Shown here piece after piece: positions 14,246-22,796 of a DNA stretch of 64,000 nt (position 1 is its first letter; every line of letters begins with the position of its first letter). Source of the stretch: an uncultured Verrucomicrobiae bacterium (GTDB lineage Bacteria; Verrucomicrobiota; Verrucomicrobiia; Chthoniobacterales; JAFAMB01). A program made the translations under genes and the position numbers. The stretch covers positions 113,794 to 177,793 of the forward strand of contig CAWEXO010000012.1 of the NCBI GenBank assembly GCA_963813025.1, in the 5' to 3' direction. The notes beneath the pieces were generated by a model that ran no database searches, was not told where the DNA came from, and saw only the letters and a list, made by a program, of their open reading frames with translations.

Positions 14246-15955
14246 ACGCGCGGACGTACCGCAACATGATTTGCGGCGCCCTAACTAAATAACTTCTTGG
14301 GTCGAATGGGCGACCCCAGTGCACTGTGAGGGGACCAGCTTCACCCTTGGGTTTGGCCCAAGTATGAAAATCGTCGTGTGCGCGCGAGCCGTCGTGCGCT
14401 GCGGGACTCTCCATTGTGCGGCTCATCAAACGAGGGCTGTTGCAGTGGTGCTCACGAGGCAAATGGCGGCTGAGCGCCGCTGGTCTTGCAGCATGTCGGC
14501 GGCTCTGTCCGGACATTTAGCACCCGACCTGGCGGCTCATATCGCCTTGCGAATGTGAAATTGATTTTCAGACAGGGACGGCCAGTGCTCTACCACTCGC
14601 ATGGCTCGCGAGCGGCAGCCAACTAAACAGGCGGAACGCTGACGGTGGATAGCCCAAAACCTGGATAGCCCAAAATCCTATACGGCGGAAAGCGATCCAG
14701 GCGAGCGCCTACCTGCGGCGCAAAGCAAAGCCAAAAATCACCTTCCAAAGCGGGCCTCAAGCCGCCACATACGCGTCGCAGCCACCCCGTCCTGCTCTCG
14801 TTCCCTCCCACACCAAACAAACACGCCCAGAAGCGATCCTATGAAGGCCTGCATTAGCGTTGAGAAATGTTAGCGGTCGTGGACTGCGTGCGCGCGCCGC
14901 CCGGAAATAGCGGGCATGAATTAGTGCCTTCACCGAAGCACTTGCCGCCCTTCTCGATCTAGGCTGCGCTTGCCCCGATTTTCCGGACACTAATTTTGGG
15001 CTGATTTCTCTATTGATGGTTACTTGTTTGGTTAGTTGCCGGAACGTTCCGCTGCGGTCAAGAGCCAATCCGGCATAAACAGAGTACTTCCCGCGCTGTG
15101 CGCGGGCCCCTTCTATTTATTCCGTTTGCCTCTTGACCTTCGCTCCACGTTCTGAAGAAGGTTACTGTCACTTTTCCGTTGGAAAAGTGCTTTCCAAAGC
15201 AGCTTGTTGGTATGTTGTCACAAGGTTAGTTTGCCAGGTTTTCGAACTCCGCCGGGGCCAGATAACGAGAGCGCACTGTGCCGCCGCCGACGGTTGTAAA
15301 AGCTTTCCATAAAGCACAAGATTTCGCGCTGAGCGCTTGGATGGGTCGCAAAAGAGCTGCGGTAGACGCACTCGACTCCCAAGCGTACTAAAGAACGCTT
15401 CCATCGCCGCGTTATCGTAACAGCACCCCTTACGACTCATGCTGGCAACCACGCCGTGCGCCTTGAGCACCTGGCGGTAAGCGGCGCTGGCATACTGCAC
15501 ACCGCGATCGGAATGATGGATCAGTCCCTCCGGCGGCCGGCGATGCACCAGGCCCATCGCCAAGGCCGCGGCTACCAGCTCGGTACCCAGGTGATGCGCG
15601 AAAGCCCACCCGATGATTCGCCGGCTGTACAGATCCATGATCACGGCCAGCTACAACCAGCCTTCCTCGGTTGGGATGTAGGTGATAGCGCTCACCCAAA
15701 TCTGATCGCGCCGGCTCGCCTTAGGCCGCTGGGCAAGCCGGTGAGGAGCGATCGGTTCATCATGGCAGCTATCGGTTGTCTGAGGCCGGTAGCGCCGCTT
15801 CGCTCGGCCACTCAGCCCGAGCTCGCGCCGAATCCGATCGATCCGTTTCCGGCTGTGCTTGTGCCCTCGATCCCGTAGCTCTGCATGCAGCCGCGGCGTT
15901 CCATAGGTATCACGACTTTGTTGGTGAACTTCACTGATCTGTTCAGCTAGTCACA

Positions 15956-17109
15956 TGTCTCTTAAATAATAGTGACATTTATTTCTCCTCAAGAGCGGCC
16001 TGCCAAGCGCGCTGGATCTTGGCCAGAATCTCTTCTCCTTGAGCCCTCCAAACATAACGCTTCGGAGGGAGATTATGTTGAGCCAGGTATTGCATGATCG
16101 CCTCAACCAGTTGGCCGACACTGCCAAAGCTGCCGGGCAGGATCGTCTGCTGGCTCAGATCGCGGAAGAAGCGCTCGACCATATTCATCCAGGAGGAACT
16201 GGTTGGGGTAAAGTGCAGTTCGAAACGCGGATGGCGTTCCAACCAACGCCGGACGCTCGGATGTTTGTGAGTGGCGTAATTGTCCAGAATGATGTGGATG
16301 TGTTGGCTCACGGGGATCTCCCGGTCAATGCGCTTGAGGAATTCGAGCCATTGGCGGTGCGTGTGTTTGTGAGCGGTGTGGGCGATTACTTTTCCCTGCA
16401 GGTAGTCGAGCGCGGCAAAGAGGGTGACCGTGCCATTGCGATAGTAATCGTGGGTTTGGGTACGAATATGCCCTTTGCCCAGCGGCAGACCGGGTTGGCT
16501 GCGTTGCAGCGCTTGGATCTGGCTTTTCTCGTCACAGCAAAGCACCACCGCATTCTGGGGCGGATTGAGGTAGAGCCCGATCACGTCCCAAAACTTCGCT
16601 TCAAAGTCCGGATCGGTCGAAAGCTTAAAGACCCGTGTCAGATGCGGCTTGATTTCATTCTCGCTCCAAACCCGCTGCACGGTTGCCTTGGACAGTCCCA
16701 ACTCCCGAGCCATTGCTCGACAAGTCCAGCGCGCTTGACCGTGCGGAGGCCGGGTGGCTTGATCGAGGATCTGCCGCAAGACAGCGGCTGCAATGCGGCC
16801 CTTACGGCCCGAGCGCGGCTGATCCTGCAAAGCGGCCAGCCCGCCTTCGCTGAAGCGCCTTCGCCACTTCCTGACTTGGTTATAGTGCATATCGACCTCT
16901 CGGCCGATGCTCCGATCCCTTTTGCCTGCTGCCGCCAACTGGATCACTCGCGCCCGTTGGGCCAAGCCATGAGGAGTGCTTTGGGCGCGCAGCAATTGCT
17001 GCAGTCGCTGCTCTTCAGCCGAACTCAATTCCACTTTTCGCCGCGCCCGCTTAGCCATGCAGCCAGCGAAGCATTTTTCTCTTAGAATGTCACTATTATT
17101 TAAGAGACA
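15956..17109 (-). mobile_element. IS630-family insertion sequence
   Basis: Perfect 24-bp inverted repeats TGTCTCTTAAATAATAGTGACATT at 15956-15979 and 17086-17109; inserted at a CTAG site (15947) of the IS3 orfB. Confidence 0.92.
15979..17058 (-). CDS. IS630-family transposase (359 aa, apparently intact)
   Basis: MAKRARRK start; VLCCDEKSQIQAL, HIILDNYATHK and FTPTSSSWMNMVERFF DDE motifs. Confidence 0.92.
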   Translation of the reverse strand: MAKRARRKVELSSAEEQRLQQLLRAQSTPHGLAQRARVIQLAAAGKRDRSIGREVDMHYNQVRKWRRRFSEGGLAALQDQPRSGRKGRIAAAVLRQILDQATRPPHGQARWTCRAMARELGLSKATVQRVWSENEIKPHLTRVFKLSTDPDFEAKFWDVIGLYLNPPQNAVVLCCDEKSQIQALQRSQPGLPLGKGHIRTQTHDYYRNGTVTLFAALDYLQGKVIAHTAHKHTHRQWLEFLKRIDREIPVSQHIHIILDNYATHKHPSVRRWLERHPRFELHFTPTSSSWMNMVERFFRDLSQQTILPGSFGSVGQLVEAIMQYLAQHNLPPKRYVWRAQGEEILAKIQRAWQAALEEK

Positions 17110-17459
17110 CTGCTGCACGTCTTCCTTGGCTCGAGCACTGGGCTTACTGCGCCGCTCCAGCCAGTCATAAAAACCACTCCGGCTGACGCAGAAGGCCTCG
17201 CAGAGCACCTCTGTCGAGTAACCGTTCTTCATTTCTTCGATCCGTTCGTAGCGCTCGAGGGCCCCCCTCAGACAATGCCCAGCGTTTTTTTTAGTATCTC
17301 CCGCTGTTGCGTCAGATCAGAACTGCGGAATTAAATCTAGAGGCGGTAGCTATATAAGCAGGGAAAGAGGGAGAGTAGAAGGAAACACTGATGGCAAGTG
17401 GTAGGGTGGCTAGGGACTGAGCTCGGCGTCAGCGAAGTTGCCAAAGGACATTTGAGGTT

Positions 17460-17600
17460 CATTCTTTCTGGCCAACTCCACCGCGACCAACCGACTGCCC
17501 CTTTGCTTCGCCCTTGGCCAAGCGACGCTTTTTGAGTTGGCGCTGCAAGGTGCTTAACGCCAAACCGTGATTCCGGCAACACTCGTTCTCGCGTCGATTC
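17460..17600 (-). pseudogene. IS66-family TnpA accessory gene fragment
   Basis: CRNHGLALSTLQRQLKKRR helix-turn-helix pattern typical of IS66 TnpA. Confidence 0.55.
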
Positions 17601-17809
17601 GAAAGATATAAAGCTACACCTAAGCCGCCAGGCCGCTCAGCGATTTCGTTGGCTCGGCTAAACGCGATGAATTCGCACCCTTGCAATCCCTCGATCCAGC
17701 GTCTTCCTCCCTGAGCGGCACTGCTTGTAACCACAATCTCCTTGATCAAGATCAACTCGGGCATGCTCGTTCGTTCGCTGCTTGATAAGAACAAGGATCG
17801 CCCAAGATT

Positions 17810-18058
17810 TCAAACGTGTTCTGATAAGTTTTCACCGTCGTTATCCTGCCACGTGGCAGTCCAGGTTTCGGCGCGGCGTTTGCCGCGATCACGCACAAAC
17901 TTGGTCCCCTTCGCCCTGCATAGCTTCTCAATATAGGCGGAGAACTCTGCGTTGGTCATTGCCCGGATTTCTTCGACTGTTGGGGAGGGTAAACCGTAGT
18001 ACCAATGGCCGTCCGGAAAGACCCATTCTTCCAAGTACGAACCGTTCGCCATTTTCAC
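17810..18058 (-). CDS. Hypothetical protein (82 aa)
   Basis: Protein-like composition; no recognisable motif. Confidence 0.4.
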   Translation of the reverse strand: MKMANGSYLEEWVFPDGHWYYGLPSPTVEEIRAMTNAEFSAYIEKLCRAKGTKFVRDRGKRRAETWTATWQDNDGENLSEHV

Positions 18059-18189
18059 ATAGCCCTTGTACTGGCCGCGCCAGTGATCACTGTAGCCGAC
18101 AGCAAATCGCGACTGGAGGGTTGGTTCAGGGAGCCGGAGTGGCCGCTGCCTGTGTCTGGGACTCAGTCTGCGTGCTTGAGGTATTTAAT

Positions 18190-18666
18190 TCAGCCTGCTG
18201 AGTCCCCGACAAATGGGAACCGAAAGCCAGAGAAATAAGCAGCAACTCCGCAAGACCAACGGACGCTAATAGAATGTTTGCTGTCCAAAGGGTGGTTATG
18301 CTCGTCAAGGTAATCAGTGAGCTTGGCCGTTTTGACGACTTCTGGGTCAATCTTGTTGCGAGCGAGAAACTTTTTTAGATCGGCATCAGTCAAATGGTTG
18401 CTCCGGTGTGCATGCCCCCAAACTCCATACCCGGCAGCCGTAACTATTTCTTGTTGATTGAAGTGTCAATCAATACACCAATCGCCCTGACGATAGAGGT
18501 CATAAAAGCTGGGCAATTTGTGAGATTTGCCATCAGCGCCCATAACATCGAACCTGTCATCGTGAGCCAGCCTCACATATTTACGGTCGATTTGGGCTCT
18601 GGTTTCCCCTAAGTCAGCGTGGGCGATCGAGGCCACACTGAGAAAGGCTAGTAGTGCGTATTTCAT
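18190..18666 (-). pseudogene. Secreted hypothetical protein (GETxAQIxxKY type) with in-frame TGA at 18466
   Basis: Signal peptide MKYALLAFLSVASIAHA; the same frame continues through the stop into ORF 18190-18393. Confidence 0.55.
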
Positions 18667-19019
18667 CGATTTAAAAGCATGCTTGCTGGATGTGGTAGCC
18701 CCGAGCATTTCTAATAGGGGGTTCCCGCGGCTCGGTCGCGGTAGTGATTTCCCGTGTGCCAATTAGAGTAGTGTCCGTCTTTGTGGTTGGAATTGGACGA
18801 ACCAGGATACGAGCCGTCCCTTGAACCCGGGACGTGGGATTTGTTGCCTGCAGAGCACCGGCCGGCGCTAGGGCCATAACTAGGATGACAAGTAGGGATG
18901 CGAAGAGTTTATGTATTTAATGAAAAATGAAGAATCGGTGGCTGAAATCAGGACTTAAGAAATAAATTGTTCTAGCTAGAATCCCCAGTTCGGCCAGACT
19001 TTGACTAACCGGCTCGAAA

Positions 19020-19502
19020 CTAATTGACGTATTTGATGACGTAGAACCGTCCCTCACGACGCATGATCGGCACGGATACGCCGGTACCAAACGCGCTTGC
19101 GCCGCCGCTAAAGTTTGTGACGTTGCCGAAGGTTGTGGCAGTACCCCAACCTGTCGCCGTGGCGTTAGCCGTCGAAACGATGCCCATCGTCTCGGTTTCG
19201 TCGGAACTAAGAAGGAGTCCATCGCCGCCTCGCTCCTTGGTTAGAGCAGCCAAATGCGGATTGCGGGCCGCCATCATAGGAGGTCCGGCGGGTCGGCTGT
19301 CTTCGATGTAGCCGATGATCATGAATTTACGAGGCGGCGTGCCGACAACCCAAAGATCAATTCCGTCGACGCTCTTGGATGCCCCTCCTTTACCGATAAG
19401 AACTCCTGAGCCGGAATAGGTGTAGTAGGTACTTGAGCATCCAACGCCAAGAACTGAAAGCGCGATGCCGAGGAGGGCTGCGCCGAATTTGAGATGCTTC
19501 AT
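19020..19502 (-). CDS. Hypothetical lipoprotein
   Basis: RBS AAGGAG; lipobox-like LGVGC after a hydrophobic stretch; GTPPRKFMIIGYIED. Confidence 0.75.
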   Translation of the reverse strand: MKHLKFGAALLGIALSVLGVGCSSTYYTYSGSGVLIGKGGASKSVDGIDLWVVGTPPRKFMIIGYIEDSRPAGPPMMAARNPHLAALTKERGGDGLLLSSDETETMGIVSTANATATGWGTATTFGNVTNFSGGASAFGTGVSVPIMRREGRFYVIKYVN

Positions 19503-19538
19503 TTAAGATGTCTCCTTTTCTTTCAGAATGCGGAATCG

Positions 19539-20846
19539 TCATGCAGGGTCGGAGGAAAACTTTCCATGACGAAGAACTGCCCGGTGGAACTGCAGAATCG
19601 TCTGGCCGCTGAGGACGATCTCGAACCGGCAATGTGCGTGATAAAGACGCCCGGCGCGTTCTTGCGCCCAGGTCTCTTCATCGATCGACTGATGCAGATA
19701 ACTGAACGCATCGACCCAATCATGGTAGGTCGCGCGGTTCGGCACTGTTCTGCACCAAGCGTAGGTCTGCCGATCGTTAGTCATATCGTTGCTGATCCAG
19801 GCTTTCGTTGCATTAGCCTTACCGAAGTAGAATGTTTCTTCCCCAAGGTACTGGCTCAAGCTCGGGTAGTCATGGGCCGTTAGCAGCGAACCAATTCCGA
19901 TCAGGAAATCGATCGGCATGGCCGTGCGCGTTTGCGTTGGAGGTTGAGCCCTTGGCGCGGACGGCGCTTCCGCAACGACTTGCCGAAGGCTGATGACCTT
20001 AATAAGCACGGTCGCTCTGCTTGCTTCGGCGACGATCTCTTGGCGCGTTAGTTTCTCGGTCCGCGAAGAGAGCGAAAAATAAGAACCGAAATCTGCAAAT
20101 ACTTGGCTACTACAAATCGCATGGTTAATTCGCTCTGACATTTGCCCGGTCTGTTTGAGGACATAGAGGGGATTTATGCTGCTTTTCACGACCCCGACGA
20201 CCTCGCCGCGGTCGTTAAGAACTGGTCCCCCGGAATTACCAGGGTTAACGGTCGCATCGATTTGCAGGAGTCCGGGTCGAACCGCGTTTATCTGACCGCG
20301 ACTGGCCGACACGCCATCACCCAGTATATTGCCCAGGGGATAGCCGAATACGAACACGTCATCCATGATTTGGGCTCCGTCCGAATCGCCTACTGGCAAA
20401 ACATCGTAGTTGTCACCTTGAATCTTGAGCAGAGCGAGATCATGAACGGTATCGTCAACAATGACCGCCGCACTGGCGTCATTGGTTTTGCCGGGAACCG
20501 ATACGTAGATTTCCCTGGCGTTCTCGACCACGTGGTGGTTCGTAATAACGTATCCGTCCTTGCGAACGATAAAGCCGCTGGCGGTGCCATCGGCCTTAAG
20601 ATTGGGAGCGATCGTCGCAAGGAGTATCACCCCAGCTAGTAGCTTTCTGCAGGGCGAATTGGTTGGCCAACCAATCAAGACGGTTCCGAGCTTCAAGCCG
20701 GAACCGGAAGATTTCGTCGCAGATTTTCGTGAGAATCCAAGGTTTATCGGCGAGCGGAGGAAAGCGATCACTGATGCAAGCATTCGTCCTCGTTGGAGAG
20801 TTGATGTGTGTTGAGCGGCCCATTTGAAAACGCAGCTGCATGTCAT
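19539..20846 (-). CDS. Trypsin-like (S1C) serine protease with extra C-terminal domain; true start may lie further downstream
   Basis: GTASGFIV, TNHHVV, DLALLKI and NPGNSGGP catalytic triad motifs; no PDZ domain. Confidence 0.85.
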   Translation of the reverse strand: MTCSCVFKWAAQHTSTLQRGRMLASVIAFLRSPINLGFSRKSATKSSGSGLKLGTVLIGWPTNSPCRKLLAGVILLATIAPNLKADGTASGFIVRKDGYVITNHHVVENAREIYVSVPGKTNDASAAVIVDDTVHDLALLKIQGDNYDVLPVGDSDGAQIMDDVFVFGYPLGNILGDGVSASRGQINAVRPGLLQIDATVNPGNSGGPVLNDRGEVVGVVKSSINPLYVLKQTGQMSERINHAICSSQVFADFGSYFSLSSRTEKLTRQEIVAEASRATVLIKVISLRQVVAEAPSAPRAQPPTQTRTAMPIDFLIGIGSLLTAHDYPSLSQYLGEETFYFGKANATKAWISNDMTNDRQTYAWCRTVPNRATYHDWVDAFSYLHQSIDEETWAQERAGRLYHAHCRFEIVLSGQTILQFHRAVLRHGKFSSDPA

Positions 20847-20957
20847 AAGACGGATTGTATACGAAAAGTTAAATCTTTTCTTATAATTGTATGTTTTTAT
20901 AAGCACGGTCGACAATCGGCCTTGACCCCTGAGCTCCAACGAGCGTAATTTCCGAGC

Positions 20958-21668
20958 GTGGCCGCTGAATCCGACACCGCTCAAGACACTCGAGAACTTT
21001 TTAATGGGGACTCAAAAACTCCTTTCCAGCTGGCGGAGATGATCCGGCGCACGATTCTGGAGGAGCAGTTCTGTCCGGGGGACCGATTGACCGAGGCCGA
21101 GCTCTCAGAGCAATTCAAAGTGAGCCGTTCACCAGTCCGGGAAGCACTGCTCGCATTGGAAAAAGAGGGGAGTGTCGTTCTGCTGCCGTACCGAGGCGCA
21201 ATCGTTACAGCGCTCTCAGCTGAGGAGGCTGAGGAAATCGCCGAGCTCAGGCTCGCTGTAATCCCTTTCATAGCCAAAGCGGCTTACCCGCAGCTTTCGC
21301 CGGCAGATTTTATGCTGGCAGAAAAAGCAGCCAAGGTACTGCGAAAGACGAAAATCCCCAGGGAGTACTATCATGAGGCGGTGACGTTCTGGAATGTGTT
21401 CCTGAAGCGAGCCAATCGTCCAATTGCTGTGGAAGTTTTCCGGCAGCTTCAGAACCGGGGTACCCGATATATACCGCTAATCTTGAGACTGTTCCCCGAT
21501 CCAGAGTCCAGGCCAAGGCAACGCGAGGAGTTCGTCAGACTTATCCAGCAGGGCAAAATCACAGAAGCAGTCCGGACATTTCGAAAGCTCTACTTCGAGG
21601 TGATGGAGCGTCTAATCGTTCACCTGAAGGAGCGGCGGCTCTCGGAACACAACATGAAGAGACCATAA
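20958..21668 (+). CDS. GntR-family (FCD-type) transcriptional regulator
   Basis: PGDRLTEAELSEQFKVSRSPVREALLALEKEG winged HTH. Confidence 0.88.
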   Translation: MAAESDTAQDTRELFNGDSKTPFQLAEMIRRTILEEQFCPGDRLTEAELSEQFKVSRSPVREALLALEKEGSVVLLPYRGAIVTALSAEEAEEIAELRLAVIPFIAKAAYPQLSPADFMLAEKAAKVLRKTKIPREYYHEAVTFWNVFLKRANRPIAVEVFRQLQNRGTRYIPLILRLFPDPESRPRQREEFVRLIQQGKITEAVRTFRKLYFEVMERLIVHLKERRLSEHNMKRP

Positions 21669-21869
21669 CGGCAGGCCGGGTAAGCTGTGGAGGGATCCTA
21701 CGATTCGAGCCGGAGAACTTGCTCGACACTTCAAAGCTCGGATGAGGGATCGGTTCGTCCTGTCGTTCCTGAGCGGCCTCTGAAGTCGAGCCTTACGGTC
21801 AGAAATCGTGAGATATTGTCAAAAGTTGTGTATCAGGGACGGCGCATCCCTGTTGAAGTGATTGGTTAA

Positions 21870-22005
21870 GCGGACTGTTGGGATTGTTCCTCACCATCGA
21901 CAAAAAGGACCAGTAAACACCTTTGGGATCAGCTCGAAGCCGGTCGAACCGATGCCAACGTTTTGGGGCTTCCAGCCCCAGTTTAAAGACCATGGCCGGC
22001 GTGCT
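21870..22005 (-). pseudogene. IS256-family transposase C-terminal fragment
   Basis: AMVFKLGLEAPKRWHR motif. Confidence 0.6.
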
Positions 22006-22090
22006 TAAATTCATGCCCCGATGGGCTTCCGGTCTGGCAAGGCCGCGCCTCCGAGTCTAACATTTAGCGAGAGGGGCTCGCACGATCTTA

Positions 22091-22480
22091 TTAGGTGACC
22101 GATACGCTAATTATTAGGTGCCCGTTGGCGCTTGTGCCGATAGCCAGGACAGGGAGATCGCGTTTTGCAGGACCCTTCGTCACTTTCCCTTCCTGGGTGA
22201 ATGTTGATCCGTGACATTTGCACATGAATGTATGGTCAGCTTCTGCCGCCAGCTTGCATCTGCGATGAGTGCGATAGGATGAAAGGGCGACCAATTTTCC
22301 GCCCTTTCGGACCAGGAAAAATGCTTGATCGCGGAATTTATCGTACAAACCGTCGGCTGCGTAAAGGCCGGCTTGCCCTGCATCAATTACCTGTTCCTTT
22401 GCCGGCGCGTCCAGATGTGATGCGATCGTCGTACGGCCAGAGCGTATTTCCCAGCAAGATCAACAAACTGATCAACAGTT
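22091..22480 (-). pseudogene. Rieske [2Fe-2S] protein, degenerate
   Basis: Box1 SYRTHRRC (first Cys changed to Arg), box2 CKCHGSTF, KGPAKRDLP; 5' part frameshifted. Confidence 0.7.
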
Positions 22481-22796
22481 TGTGCCAGGGCTATTCCACA
22501 CATGAGAAAAAAGGCCAGACAAAGAAGAGTGTCTTCATCACTTGTGCCGAAGCATTGCCAAAAATTCTCATCTTTCTACTCCCGACCAGCGTATCAGCAT
22601 GCAACAGAGCGGGAGCAGGAGCGGTGAGCCGGCTGTCTATAGTCAATGTTGCGATAATCCAGTCTCCGCAAGCTCCGGTATTACGGCGGTTTGCGTGATG
22701 GAGAAACTCAGCGGCGAGACCCTGACTCAGGCCGTGGGTCGATTTTCGGTAGGCACTACGTTCCAGGTCGCCGGACCGGCTTCTTGAGCAATCTTG

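Larger units (their letters stand above)
15166..17315 (-). mobile_element. IS3-family element, inactivated (interrupted by IS630, internal stop, frameshift)
   Basis: orfA tail LTQQREILKKTLGIV with A-run; orfB YGTPRLHAEL…[26 protein letters not shown]…HHSDRGVQY…CYDNAAMEAFF; TG-starting end at 15166. Confidence 0.85.

Noticed and set aside
16039..17085. 348-aa plus-strand ORF
   Set aside because: Antisense shadow of the IS630 transposase; no independent motifs
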